Source: Alphaproteobacteria bacterium (GTDB taxonomy: Bacteria; Pseudomonadota; Alphaproteobacteria; Bin95). From it: a DNA stretch of 64,000 bases. Shown here piece after piece: positions 23,336 to 33,636 of the stretch. Both the position numbers and the translations under genes were made by a program. Within the stretch, counting starts at the first letter, position 1; every line of letters begins with the position of its first letter. The notes below the pieces were generated by a model. It saw only the letters and a list, made by a program, of their open reading frames with translations, searched no databases and was not told the origin of the DNA. Location: contig CBDBGH010000003.1 in the NCBI GenBank assembly GCA_965205265.1, positions 4,544,001 to 4,608,000 on the forward strand, in the 5' to 3' direction.

Positions 23336-24292
23336 ATGAGTCCCAGCCTGCGCCTCGTCTTCGAGGACGGCACGGAGCGGGAGATCGCGGGCCTGCCCTG
23401 GCAGACGGTGTTCCAGGCGGCCCAGGCCCACGGCATCGAGCTGGCGACCGACTGCCGGGAAGGCGCCTGCGGTACCTGCAAGGCGCGCTGCACAGAGGGC
23501 GAATACGATGTGGGCGACGCCAGCCCGGAGGCGTTGACCGCCGAGGAGGAAGCCGCCGGCCTTGTGCTGACCTGCCAGATGCTGCCGCTCGGCGATTGCA
23601 CGCTCCGTTTCCCCTATCCCTTCTCGCTGACCGGCGGACCGCTGCGCCGGCAGGCCGTGCTGGAGGCCGTGGAGCGCGTGGCCGAGGACACGGTCCGGTT
23701 CGAGTTTGCGCTCGATGCGGAGCTGCCGTTCCTGCCCGGCCAGTATGCGCGCATCGGCGTGCCCGGTACGGGGGCGGAACGGGCCTTCTCTTTCTCCCGC
23801 CGGGACCGGGCCGAGTTCCATGCGCGCCTGCTGCCGGACGGCCTGATGTCGAACTATCTGGCGGCGCGCGCGAAGCCCGGCGACCGGCTCGACCTGTCGG
23901 GGCCCTTTGGCGGGTTCTTCCTGCGGGAGCCTGTGCGGCCCGTCCTGATGGCGGCGGGCGGCACGGGCCTCGCCCCGATCCTCGCCATGCTGGAGGCGCT
24001 GGACGGCCGCCAGCCGGCGGTCGTTCTCTTCGGCGCGGCTGCCGAGGGGCGCCTGTTTGCGCTCGACCGCCTGGCTGCGACCGGCGCGGAGCTGCGCATC
24101 GCCGTGGAGGAGCCGGGCGAAGACCCGTCCTTCCATACGGGCTTCGTCACCGACCTGATCGACCCGCCTGCGGGCGACATGGACGCCTATGTCTGCGGGC
24201 CGCCGGCGATGATCGACGCGGCCCGCATGCGGCTCCGCGCCGCGGGCATGGCCGAAGAGTGCATTCATTGCGAACGCTTCCTGCCGAGTTGA
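23336..24292 (+). CDS. 2Fe-2S ferredoxin/FAD-NAD(P)H reductase (BenC-like)
   Basis: CREGACGTC...LTCQ, RAFS, GLMS, AGGTGLAP, YVCGPPAM, ERF. Confidence 0.88.
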   Translation: MSPSLRLVFEDGTEREIAGLPWQTVFQAAQAHGIELATDCREGACGTCKARCTEGEYDVGDASPEALTAEEEAAGLVLTCQMLPLGDCTLRFPYPFSLTGGPLRRQAVLEAVERVAEDTVRFEFALDAELPFLPGQYARIGVPGTGAERAFSFSRRDRAEFHARLLPDGLMSNYLAARAKPGDRLDLSGPFGGFFLREPVRPVLMAAGGTGLAPILAMLEALDGRQPAVVLFGAAAEGRLFALDRLAATGAELRIAVEEPGEDPSFHTGFVTDLIDPPAGDMDAYVCGPPAMIDAARMRLRAAGMAEECIHCERFLPS

Positions 24293-25716
24293 GGCAAGCG
24301 GGCCGGCGGCGCCTGGCGGCGCTGGCGCTCTCCGCCGCGCTGGCGCTGGCGCCCCTTTCGGCCGCGCAGCCGGAAACGCTGCCGCCCGCCGAGGCGTCGA
24401 TCGCCGCCGCCGGGCTCGAAGGCGCCAGCACCGGCTATATCGTGGCCGACCTCGACGGCGGCGCCGTGCTGGCGTCGCGGCGGGCAGACGAGGCCTTCCT
24501 GCCCGCCTCCACCGCCAAGATCGCCACCGCCGTCGCGGCGCTCGAGATCCTGGGCGGCGAGCACCGCTTCGAGACGAGCCTCCGGCTTTCCGGCGACCGG
24601 CTCTATCTGGTGGGCGGCGGCGATCCGCTGCTCGCCGTGGAGGACCTGATGTCGCTCGCGCGGGCCGGCGCCGAAGCCGGCATCGGCCGGGCCCGCTTCT
24701 TCCACGACGACAGCCTGCTCGCGCCCGCCGCCGAAATCGACGCCGGGCAGAGCGACCGCGCGACCTACAATCCGGGCGTTTCGGCGCTCTCGCTGTCCTT
24801 CAACCGGCGGCGCCTGGTCTGGGGCGCGAAACCGGGCGGCGGGTTTGCGGCCTTCGCCCTGCCGGACGGCGACCTGGCGCCGCTGCGGGCTGCCCTGGGC
24901 AAGGGCGAGCCGCTCTTCCACCGCCTGGAAACGCCGGACGGGCCGAGCTGGCGCGTGACGGCCCGGAGGCCCGGCCGGACATGGGTGCCGGTGCGCCGGC
25001 CGTCGCGCTTCACGGCCTCCCTCTTCCGCGAGCTTGCGGCCTTTCAGGGGCTCGCGCTGACCGAACCGGAAGCAGGAACCGCGTCGGCGGATGCCCGGCC
25101 CGTCGCCCGCCATCTCGGTCCGCGGCTGGTCGATATCGCAGCTCTTTCCCTGCAATACAGCAACAATCTCGTCGCCGAGCTGATGGGCCTCGGAGCCTCC
25201 CGCAGGCTGGCCGGCCGGCCCGAGACGCTGGCGGCCTCCGCCGCCCGCCTGCAGGCGGAGCTCGACCGGCGCCTCGGCGGCGGCGGGGCGGGCTGGCTGC
25301 TCGACCGCCATTCCGGCCTCAGCAGCCGGTCGCGCGCCTCGCCCCGGCGGATGGCGGCGCTGCTGCGCTATGCCGACGGCCGACGCTACGGGGGCCGCAG
25401 CTTCGGGTCGCTCCTGCCGGTCTCCGGCTGGAAGGGCTCGCTTGCCGGCTGGGAGGAGGAGCCCGCGCTGGCGTTCCGCGTCTGGGCCAAGACCGGCAGC
25501 ATGTATTACGGGCGCGGACTCGCCGGCTACCTCCACGCGGCGTCCGGACGACGGCTGGTCTTCGCACTGTTCACGAGCGACCTCGACGAGCGCCGGCGCC
25601 TCGACGCGCTCGGCCCGGAGCCGGGAGAGGAGGAGCGCGACCGGGGCGAGGCCTGGCTCGAACGGGCGCGGGACTTGGAGCGGGCCCTGCTCAAGCGCTG
25701 GGCGTCGGCGTTTTAG
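24289..25716 (+). CDS. dacB: D-alanyl-D-alanine carboxypeptidase/endopeptidase (PBP4, peptidase S13)
   Basis: PASTAK (SxxK), SNN, AKTGS; TTG start overlapping upstream stop. Confidence 0.88.
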   Translation: MRQAGRRRLAALALSAALALAPLSAAQPETLPPAEASIAAAGLEGASTGYIVADLDGGAVLASRRADEAFLPASTAKIATAVAALEILGGEHRFETSLRLSGDRLYLVGGGDPLLAVEDLMSLARAGAEAGIGRARFFHDDSLLAPAAEIDAGQSDRATYNPGVSALSLSFNRRRLVWGAKPGGGFAAFALPDGDLAPLRAALGKGEPLFHRLETPDGPSWRVTARRPGRTWVPVRRPSRFTASLFRELAAFQGLALTEPEAGTASADARPVARHLGPRLVDIAALSLQYSNNLVAELMGLGASRRLAGRPETLAASAARLQAELDRRLGGGGAGWLLDRHSGLSSRSRASPRRMAALLRYADGRRYGGRSFGSLLPVSGWKGSLAGWEEEPALAFRVWAKTGSMYYGRGLAGYLHAASGRRLVFALFTSDLDERRRLDALGPEPGEEERDRGEAWLERARDLERALLKRWASAF

Positions 25717-25851
25717 GGCGCGAGCCGTTCCGACAGCGCCGCATTCCGGCCTCGCGCCTTCTCCCCGGGTATGACGGAAGAAATGTCGTTGGTTTATTCC
25801 GTCAACCTATCTTTGTTATCCCCATCCGTTTCAACCCGGACGGACCGGCCG

Positions 25852-26823
25852 CTATGCTTCTTCGGTCAGTTCCGGCACGACCCATAGCGGGTCGGAGCCG
25901 CGCGCGACGCGCTGGACATTGTCGAAGGCGTTGCGCACCCGCGCCGTATTGCTCTCGAAGGTCGGGCCGGCGAGATGCGCCGTGAGCGTGACGTTCTCCA
26001 TGTTGAAGAGCGGGTTGTCGGCCGGCGGCGGCTCCTGGTCGAACACGTCCAGACCCGCTGCCGCGACAGTCCCGTCCGCCAGCGCCGCGCATAGCGCCGC
26101 CTCGTCCACGACCGGCCCGCGCGACGTGTTCACGAGGATTGCCGAGGGCTTCATCAGCGCGAGTTCCCCGGCGCCGACCAGATGACGGGTCGATGCGTTC
26201 AGCGGCACATGCAGGGACACGATGTCCGCCTCGCGGAGCAGCTCCCGCAGCAGGCGGAAGCGCACATTGAGCGCGTCCTCCCGGTCCTCCGGCAGCCGCT
26301 CGATGTCGTAGTAGACCACCTCCATGCCGAAGGCGAGCGCAAGCCGGGCGGTCTTCTTGCCGATGGTGCCGAGCCCGACGATGCCGAGCGTGCGCCCGCG
26401 CATCTCATGCAGGCGCGGCGTGCTGTTGCCCCGCCAATTGCCGGCCGCCACCGTCCGGTGCTGGCGGACGAGCTGGCGCGAGGCGGCCAGCGCGAGCAGG
26501 ATCGCATGTTCGGAAACGGCGGTGGAGTTGGCGCCGCCATTGTTGCAGAGCGGCACGCCGGCACGCCTTGCGGCGGAGAGGTCGGCCTGGTCGTAGCCGG
26601 CGCTCAGCAGCTGGATCAGCTTCAGGTTCGGGCCGGCCTCGAACAGCGCGTCGTCCACGAGCCCGTCCACGAAGCCCACGAGATATTCGGCGTCCCGCAT
26701 CGCGTCCAGATATTCGGCGCTCTTCGCCGGCACGACGGCCAACTCGAAGCCCGAAGGCGCCATGTCCCGCGCGACATCGGCGGCGTCGGGAAACATGGTG
26801 ACGAAAACGATCCTGGGCTGCAT
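25852..26823 (-). CDS. D-2-hydroxyacid dehydrogenase
   Basis: GIVGLGTIG, SLHVPL, VNTSRGPVVDE, LDVFDQEP. Confidence 0.9.
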   Translation of the reverse strand: MQPRIVFVTMFPDAADVARDMAPSGFELAVVPAKSAEYLDAMRDAEYLVGFVDGLVDDALFEAGPNLKLIQLLSAGYDQADLSAARRAGVPLCNNGGANSTAVSEHAILLALAASRQLVRQHRTVAAGNWRGNSTPRLHEMRGRTLGIVGLGTIGKKTARLALAFGMEVVYYDIERLPEDREDALNVRFRLLRELLREADIVSLHVPLNASTRHLVGAGELALMKPSAILVNTSRGPVVDEAALCAALADGTVAAAGLDVFDQEPPPADNPLFNMENVTLTAHLAGPTFESNTARVRNAFDNVQRVARGSDPLWVVPELTEEA

Positions 26824-26937
26824 GGGCTCCGTCCGTTCCTGCTTGTGTCGGGGGCGGCCGCCGCTGCGGGCCGCCGAAGGGTTCGGGGCGAAAAACGGTA
26901 GCGGCGGCGGGACGGCCTGTCCATCCGCCGTCCCGCC

Positions 26938-28635
26938 TCAAGCGTGCTGCTTCGCCTCGAACGCGGCGACCTCGCTCATGAACGGGGCGGCGACATCGGC
27001 ATTGATCTTGCAGTCCAGAAAGACCGGGCCGTCCGGCGCCGCCAGCAAGGGGCCGAGCGCCTCCAGGTCATCGGGCGTGCGCACCGTGCGGGCGTCGTAA
27101 CCGAACGCCTCGGCGACCGGCGCGAAATCGACATCGGGGAAGACCGACTTGGCGACCGGGAGCTGGCGCAGCCTCAGATGATGAAGTTCGGCGCCATAGG
27201 CGCAGTCGTTCATCAGCACGATGACCAGCGGCAGGTCCTCGCGCACGACGGTTTCGAGCTCGCCCATCGTCATCAGGAAGCCGCCGTCGCCCACCACGAA
27301 GACCGTCGGAATGTCCGGACGCGCCCGGGCGAAGCCGAGCGCCGCGCCGAAGCCGAGCCCGATGGAGGCGAAATCGTTGGTCATCTTGAAATGCGCCGGA
27401 TCCGGGACGGACAGGTAGGGCACGACGCCGAGGAAATTGCCTGCGTCGTAAACGACATTCCGGGCGTCGGGCAGCATCCGGTCCAGCATGGCGGCGAGCG
27501 AGCGCGGGTCGATCGTGCGCGCCGTGTTGGCCGGCTGGAAGTCGTTCGCGATGGAGAAGCCGTCGAGCGCGGCCATGCTCCCGGCGCTGTGCCAGGGCTT
27601 GTCGGCGGCCGCCTTTTCCGCCGTTGCTTCGAGAAGCTGCTCGGCCGCCAGCTTCGCGTCGCCCACCACGGCGATATCGGCCGTGGTCCAGCGGCCGATG
27701 CTGGCCCGCGAGGCGTCGATCTGGATCAGCGGCGCATCGGGCAGGGATTCGCCGAAGCTCATGGTGAGGATGTTCAGCCCTGCGCCGACCGCGAGCACGC
27801 AATCGACCTCGGCCGCCATGCGCCGCGCCGCGGAATGCGAGAACGAGCCGATGATGCCGAGGTTCAGCCGGTGGCCGCGGAACATGTCCTTGCCCCTGGC
27901 CGTCGTGGAGAGCATGGCTCCCGTCCTTTCCGCCAGGCGGACCAGCGCCTCGCGCGCGCCCGACTTCCAGGCGCCGTGGCCGGCCAGGATGAGCGGCCGC
28001 TTCGCCCTGTCGAGCAGGGACGCCGCCGCCCGGACGGCATGCGCGCGCGCCGGCTCGGCCCGCCGCGCGGGAACCGGCCCGGCGTCCAGCGGCTCCGGCG
28101 CCGCCTCGTCCGGATCGACGGCGATCTCCCTGTGTTGCACATCGACCGGCAGGAGCAGCGCAACCGCCTGCCCCGTCCGCGCCAGGGCGGCCGCATCCGC
28201 CAGGGTGGCGCGGGCCGTCGCGGCGCCGGTCGGCGCAAACACCCGGACCCCGGCCGCCTTCAGCACGCCGGCGCCGTCCAGTCCCTTGTAGTCGGGCCCG
28301 AGCGCATTCGCCGGCCCGGTCGGCAGCGCCGCCTCGCCATAGACGATGAGAACGGGATTGCCGGTCCGCGCGGCGAAGGACGCGGCCTGCAGGCCGTTGG
28401 CGAGCGCCGGCCCCCGCCCGACCAGGGCCACGCCGAGGCGCCCGGTCGCGGCCGCATAGCCGTCCGCCATGCCGATGGCGACATTCTCGTGCCGCGCGCC
28501 GAGAAGCGCGATCCCCATGGCGTCCAGGGTCACGGCGAACGCCGCCGTGTCGTCGCTCATCAGCCCGAACACCGTGTCGACGCCCATCGCCGCAATGTCT
28601 TCGGCCAACGCCTGGTAGATCGGAACAGTCCGCAT
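26938..28635 (-). CDS. Thiamine pyrophosphate-binding protein (acetolactate synthase-like)
   Basis: ARHEN..MADGY, GDGGFLM...MND TPP motif. Confidence 0.9.
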   Translation of the reverse strand: MRTVPIYQALAEDIAAMGVDTVFGLMSDDTAAFAVTLDAMGIALLGARHENVAIGMADGYAAATGRLGVALVGRGPALANGLQAASFAARTGNPVLIVYGEAALPTGPANALGPDYKGLDGAGVLKAAGVRVFAPTGAATARATLADAAALARTGQAVALLLPVDVQHREIAVDPDEAAPEPLDAGPVPARRAEPARAHAVRAAASLLDRAKRPLILAGHGAWKSGAREALVRLAERTGAMLSTTARGKDMFRGHRLNLGIIGSFSHSAARRMAAEVDCVLAVGAGLNILTMSFGESLPDAPLIQIDASRASIGRWTTADIAVVGDAKLAAEQLLEATAEKAAADKPWHSAGSMAALDGFSIANDFQPANTARTIDPRSLAAMLDRMLPDARNVVYDAGNFLGVVPYLSVPDPAHFKMTNDFASIGLGFGAALGFARARPDIPTVFVVGDGGFLMTMGELETVVREDLPLVIVLMNDCAYGAELHHLRLRQLPVAKSVFPDVDFAPVAEAFGYDARTVRTPDDLEALGPLLAAPDGPVFLDCKINADVAAPFMSEVAAFEAKQHA

Positions 28636-28702
28636 CCCGCCTCTCCCGCACCGGTTCGCCGGCCATCATACCCGATATCGGCAAACCCGCTGCCGGGGCG
28701 GT

Positions 28703-29407
28703 TCAGCCCTGCTCGTCCATGGCCTCCGTGCCGCTCATCAGCCGGGAGAAACGCACCGGCAGTATCTCCGTCGTCTGCAGCCGCCCGCCCGCCTCCCTGG
28801 CGACCAACATCAGGCGCTGGTCGTCGTCCAGGCCCGCCGGGACGACCATCCGCCCGTCCGGCTTCAGCTGCTGCAGCAGCGCCGGCGGGATGAGGTCGGG
28901 CGCCGCGGTGACGATGATGCGGTCGAAGGGCCCGTGCTCGGGCCAGCCCAGGCTGCCGTCGCCGATGCGGAAGCTCACATTGGCGTAGCCCCGCTCCGCG
29001 AGCCGGCGGCGGCCGTCCCGCGCCAGCTCTCCGATCACCTCGACGGTGAACACCTCGCCCGCGAGCTCCGCCAGCAGCGCCGTCTGGTAGCCGAGACCCG
29101 TGCCGACCTCCAGCACCCTGTGCCCGGGACCGATCCCGAGCAGGTCGGTCATCAGGGCGACGATGAAGGGCTGCGAGATGGTCTTGCCGCTGCCGATGGG
29201 AAGCGGCCGGTCGAGATAGGCGTAGGGCGCCATCTCGACCGGCACGAAGGCATGGCGCGGAACCCGCCCGACCGCCTCCAGCACCGGTGCGGAGATCGCG
29301 GCGCGCCCAGTCCTGTCGGCGACGCGCTCGGCGTGGCGCTCGATCTGCTCGACCATCGCGCGGCGCAGGGCCGCAAACGCATCGTCCTTGCCTTCCGCCG
29401 CCGTCAT
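28703..29407 (-). CDS. pcm: Protein-L-isoaspartate O-methyltransferase
   Basis: VPRHAFV, TISQP, VLEVGTGLGYQ, PFDRIIVTAA. Confidence 0.93.
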   Translation of the reverse strand: MTAAEGKDDAFAALRRAMVEQIERHAERVADRTGRAAISAPVLEAVGRVPRHAFVPVEMAPYAYLDRPLPIGSGKTISQPFIVALMTDLLGIGPGHRVLEVGTGLGYQTALLAELAGEVFTVEVIGELARDGRRRLAERGYANVSFRIGDGSLGWPEHGPFDRIIVTAAPDLIPPALLQQLKPDGRMVVPAGLDDDQRLMLVAREAGGRLQTTEILPVRFSRLMSGTEAMDEQG

Positions 29408-29453
29408 GTCCGCCGCCCGGCCATCGCCCCGCCGGTCTAAACGCCCGTGGACG

Positions 29454-30572
29454 CTAATTCAATGTCTGGAAGAGCCGCCGCAGCAGCATCATGCGGGGAA
29501 CCAGCGAGGAGACGTAGAGATGCTCCTCCAGCGTGTGCGCGCCGGCCCCGTCCACTCCCAGACCGTCCAGCGTCGGTGCGACCGGCGCGGTGAAATTGCC
29601 GTCGCTGCCGCCGCCGGTGAAGGTCTCGCCCAGCTCGAACCCGATCTCGGAGGCCAGCCCGCGCGCATGTTCGTAGAGCGAGGCGATGGCGTTCGATTTC
29701 CGGTAAGGAGGCCGGTTCATCCCTCCGCTGACGGTCAATTCGACCGCGGGATTGTAGGGCCTGATCCCCTGCACCCTGGCGACCGCGGCCGCGCCGTCCT
29801 CCGGCCGGGTCATGCGGATGTCCAGTTCCGCCGTGCAATGTTCCGGCACGACATTGACGCCCGTGCCGCCGGAAAGCAGCCCGACATTGACGGTCACGCC
29901 GGTTTCGTAGTCCGTCATCGCCTCCAGATCGACGATCTGCCGGGCCATCTCCAGCACCGCGCTCTCGCCGTCGCTGTGCGACACGCCGGAATGGGCGGGT
30001 TTCCCGCGCGCCACGATCTTCATCCGCGCCGCCCCCTTCCGGCCGGTCACGCAGCATCCGCCATCGCGGGCGGGTTCCGTCACCAGCACGTATTTCGCCC
30101 GCTCCGCCGCCGCGACGATACGGGATTGCGAAGTGGGAGAGCCGACCTCCTCGTCGGACACCACGAGGAAGCGGACCGGCAGCGGCGTCTTCTCCCCCGC
30201 ATCGGCAATCGAGCGGATCGCCGACAGCGCGATCCACACACCGCCCTTCATGTCGTAGATGCCGGGGCCGTAGGCCCTGTCGCCTTCGGTGCGCAGCGGG
30301 TTGGCGGCCAGCGTCCCGGCCGGGTGGACCGTATCGAGATGGCAGAGCACAAGGATGCCCTCGCCATCGCCGCCCCAGGGCGCGCGCGCCGCCAGATGGT
30401 CCCCGAAGCCGTCCCGGGCGGGTATCGTCTCCGTGACCAGCCCGGCCGCGCGGAAGTCCGCCTCCGCCACCGCCATCATCCGGGCGATGCCGTCGCGGTC
30501 GTCCGTCTTGCTCTCGATGGCGGCCCAGCGGTTGATGCCGTCGAGCAGCTCTTCGGTGTCCGGGATCGTCAT
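29454..30572 (-). CDS. M20 family metallopeptidase (glutamate carboxypeptidase-like)
   Basis: CHLDTV, GPGIYDMKGG, SDEEVGS, GGGSDGNF. Confidence 0.9.
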   Translation of the reverse strand: MTIPDTEELLDGINRWAAIESKTDDRDGIARMMAVAEADFRAAGLVTETIPARDGFGDHLAARAPWGGDGEGILVLCHLDTVHPAGTLAANPLRTEGDRAYGPGIYDMKGGVWIALSAIRSIADAGEKTPLPVRFLVVSDEEVGSPTSQSRIVAAAERAKYVLVTEPARDGGCCVTGRKGAARMKIVARGKPAHSGVSHSDGESAVLEMARQIVDLEAMTDYETGVTVNVGLLSGGTGVNVVPEHCTAELDIRMTRPEDGAAAVARVQGIRPYNPAVELTVSGGMNRPPYRKSNAIASLYEHARGLASEIGFELGETFTGGGSDGNFTAPVAPTLDGLGVDGAGAHTLEEHLYVSSLVPRMMLLRRLFQTLN

Positions 30573-30712
30573 CGGGTCCGGGGCTCCTGTCCGTCCGGTG
30601 GCCGGCAGAGCATAGGCGCGCGCCCTCGCGCCGCAAGCGCGCGGGCCCTAGAATGAAACGGAGTTCGCGAAACCTGTCCGCGAACCGCCGGCGCAGCAGG
30701 GAGGAGGCAGCC

Positions 30713-31462
30713 ATGCCGTTTTACGAGAAGGGCGATGTCCGCATCCGCTACGAGGAGGCCGGCAGCGGCTTTCCGCTTCTGGTCACCCCGGGGGGCGGCC
30801 TCAACTCCCGTATCGGCAACTGGCCGACGGCGGTCATCAACGCGATGGATGTCTTCAAGGACGACTTCCGCTGCATCACGATGGACCAGCGCAACGCCAA
30901 TGGCGGCGAGAGCACGGGGCCGGTCGCCGTGGACGACCCGTGGGGCGCCTTCGCCGACGACCAGCTCGGGCTGATGGACCATCTGGGCATCCGCGAATTC
31001 GCCTTCATGGGCTACTGCATCGGCGGCTGCTTCGCCGGGTCGCTGCTCGACCGGGCCCCCGAGCGCGTCGCCGCCGCGGTATTCTGCCAGACGGTGGGGC
31101 ACCGTCCGGAAGACCCCGATGTCATGTACCGGTCCGGCCGGGACGGGTGGGCTCCGGGGCTGCTCGCGGAGCGGCCCGACGTGACGCAGGACGAAATCGA
31201 GCGCTACCTGCACAATCTCTACCGGGTGAACCCCGACTTCCTCTACAGCGTCTCGCGCGACGTAATCCGCAACTGCCGCACGCCGATCCTCGTGCTGCCG
31301 GACGACACCCCGGCCCACCCGCACCGGACCTCGGTCGAGGTCGCCTCGCTGGCGCCGAACGCCGAGATCACGGTCTTCCCCTGGACCTCCCCGCCCGAGC
31401 TGAAGGAACGCACGGTCGAGCGGGTGCGCCAGTTCATCCGCAAGCACGGCGCGGCGCCGTAG
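30713..31462 (+). CDS. Alpha/beta hydrolase (Cys nucleophile)
   Basis: GGAGG RBS; PGGGLNS, MDQRNA, GYCIGG. Confidence 0.85.
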   Translation: MPFYEKGDVRIRYEEAGSGFPLLVTPGGGLNSRIGNWPTAVINAMDVFKDDFRCITMDQRNANGGESTGPVAVDDPWGAFADDQLGLMDHLGIREFAFMGYCIGGCFAGSLLDRAPERVAAAVFCQTVGHRPEDPDVMYRSGRDGWAPGLLAERPDVTQDEIERYLHNLYRVNPDFLYSVSRDVIRNCRTPILVLPDDTPAHPHRTSVEVASLAPNAEITVFPWTSPPELKERTVERVRQFIRKHGAAP

Positions 31463-31464
31463 GG

Positions 31465-32097
31465 TCAGCCCTTCAGCCGCTCTGCCGTTTCCGCGTCCGC
31501 TTTCACCGCCGCCGCGTAGGACGGCAGCGCCGTCACCCTGTCGAACCAGGCCTGAGTCGCCGCGGGCAGCGTTTCGCCGACCATGCGGCGGTATCCGCGC
31601 ATGGTGTAGCAGGTGCTTATATCCACCGCGCTCATCGCCTCGCCCAGCAGCCAGGGCCGGTCCGACAGCGCCGCATCGAGCGCCGCGACGCAAGCCGTCG
31701 CCCGGCCCTTCATCTCCGCCACCACGGCATCGAGCTCCGGGTCGAACTCGCGGCGGTGATTGACGATCTCGCCCAGCGGCCGGGCGAAGGTCGCCTCCGC
31801 AAACCAGCTCCATTGCAGGTAATGCGCGTAGCCGGGGTCGTCCCTCGGCGGCTGCAGCCGGCCGCCGCCATAGCGGTCCAGGACGTATTGCAGCATGGCG
31901 CAGGACTCGAACATGACCATGTCGCCATCGGCCATGACCGGCACCTTGCCGACCGGGTTGAGCGCCCGCCATTCCGGCGTCGCGCGATACTCGGCGGCGA
32001 AGTTCACCGGCACGACCTCGTAGGGCACCGACAGCTCCTCGCATATCCAGATGACGCGAAAACCGCGGGTCTGCGGGGCATGGTAGATTTTCAGCAT
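31465..32097 (-). CDS. Glutathione S-transferase family protein
   Basis: LNPVGKVPV, MFESCAMLQY, WLLGEAMSAVD. Confidence 0.9.
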   Translation of the reverse strand: MLKIYHAPQTRGFRVIWICEELSVPYEVVPVNFAAEYRATPEWRALNPVGKVPVMADGDMVMFESCAMLQYVLDRYGGGRLQPPRDDPGYAHYLQWSWFAEATFARPLGEIVNHRREFDPELDAVVAEMKGRATACVAALDAALSDRPWLLGEAMSAVDISTCYTMRGYRRMVGETLPAATQAWFDRVTALPSYAAAVKADAETAERLKG

Positions 32098-32193
32098 GAT
32101 GACGCGCCTCCGGTCTTATGTGCTTATATGGCGCATAGTACGACAAACACGCCGCCGTTGAACCGAAGCCTTCGCAACCGGAGAGTGGCCGAC

Positions 32194-33420
32194 ATGCAGG
32201 AGTTTTCGTTGAATACCGCGCCGGAGGACCTGGAAGACCGGTTCGCGGCCGCATTCGGCGGACAGGTCTCGGTCGAGCGCCCGCTCGCCGCCAGCGGCAT
32301 GGGCGTGCGCGTGTCAGGCATCGACCTCAGCCGCCCCTTGCGTCCGGCGCAGGTGGAACTGCTGCTGGATACGCTCAGCCACTGCCGGTTGATGACGCTT
32401 GCCGGACAGGACCTCGGCCGGTTTTCGCTCGCAGCGTTCGAACGCTTCGCGAATCACTGGGGCGCGCCGGTCGCGCATCCCTCGAACTTCCTGCGTGGCG
32501 GCAAGCCGGCGCAGCAGGACGGCGCCAGCGACGGCGCCATCGCCTGGCGGCCCTACGCGGAGCGCAAGGTTGCCGCCGCCGACGCCACTCTGCCCGGGGA
32601 GGTCGAATGCCTGCCGCACGAATCGCCGGCGGTGCTGGTCGCAACGAACCTGCTCGGCAACGGCGAGAGCGACGCGCCGACGCTGAAGAATGGCGGTTCC
32701 TGGCACACCGACATTGAATACGAGCCCTTGCCGATCTATGTGTCGATGTTCCTCGTCCACCATGTGCCGGTGGCGCGCGAGGCATCCAACGGGCAATGGG
32801 TCGAGCCGCCTGCCGATACGGGCCCGGCCCCCTACCATCCCGGTTCCGACGACGAGCTCATGGCGCTTCGCAAACGCCTGCCGCTGAACGGGGAGACCGC
32901 CTTTGCCGACACCGCCGCCGCATTCGCCGCCCTGCCGCCGGAAGAACGGGCAAGGCTGGAGGCGCTCCGGGTCCGCCGCCGCCTGAACGCGGGCGACGAA
33001 GGCTGGCTGACGGAACTCGTGCGCACGGACCCGCGTTCCGGGGTCAAGTCGCTGCACAGCCCGGTCTGGGCCTCGCGGCCGGGAGTCCGCCCGCCGATCG
33101 AGGTCGACGGCATGACGCCGGAGGCCTCCCGCGCCTTTCTGGACGGCCTCGAGAAGCATGTCCTGCAGCCGCAATTCCGCTACGACCACCTGCACAGGCC
33201 GGGCGACGTCACCATCTGGAACAACTACATGTCCCTGCACAACTCGCCGCCGATCAAGATCGGAATCGACAAGGCGGACGATGCGCGGCTGCTCTACCGG
33301 CTGAGCTGCAAGGGCGCGCCCGCCCTCGTGCTGCCCCGCGACGACGATCCGTCCTGGATCGAGAGCCACATCACCGCAGGCTACCGCTCGCCGGACTCCA
33401 TCGTCGGCGGGGCGCGCTGA
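32194..33420 (+). CDS. TauD/TfdA family Fe(II)/2OG dioxygenase with insertions
   Basis: GVRVSGIDL, WHTD, GETAFAD, GDVTIWNN..LH. Confidence 0.85.
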   Translation: MQEFSLNTAPEDLEDRFAAAFGGQVSVERPLAASGMGVRVSGIDLSRPLRPAQVELLLDTLSHCRLMTLAGQDLGRFSLAAFERFANHWGAPVAHPSNFLRGGKPAQQDGASDGAIAWRPYAERKVAAADATLPGEVECLPHESPAVLVATNLLGNGESDAPTLKNGGSWHTDIEYEPLPIYVSMFLVHHVPVAREASNGQWVEPPADTGPAPYHPGSDDELMALRKRLPLNGETAFADTAAAFAALPPEERARLEALRVRRRLNAGDEGWLTELVRTDPRSGVKSLHSPVWASRPGVRPPIEVDGMTPEASRAFLDGLEKHVLQPQFRYDHLHRPGDVTIWNNYMSLHNSPPIKIGIDKADDARLLYRLSCKGAPALVLPRDDDPSWIESHITAGYRSPDSIVGGAR

Positions 33421-33636
33421 ATCGGGCCGGAGCCGATATGAACCGCTCCGGCTTTCCCGGAGGCTCCATCCTGTGAGCGGGGAGGAGCTGTCACGGGAAG
33501 ACTTCCGGCGCGATTTGACAACACGCAACGGTCTGGGCCTAACTGCCGCGGCGATGGGGGAAATTGACGCCCGCCGCCTTCGTGCATCTGGCGTACGACT
33601 CGCGCGCACGGTTAACGACACAGTGGGGAAACCGGA

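Noticed and set aside
20744-24268. 1174-aa minus-strand ORF and many other long overlapping ORFs (e.g. 7020-9200, 9117-11486, 32314-34749, 51662-53503)
   Set aside because: Antisense or alternate-frame shadows of well-supported genes in high-GC DNA; no recognisable motifs.
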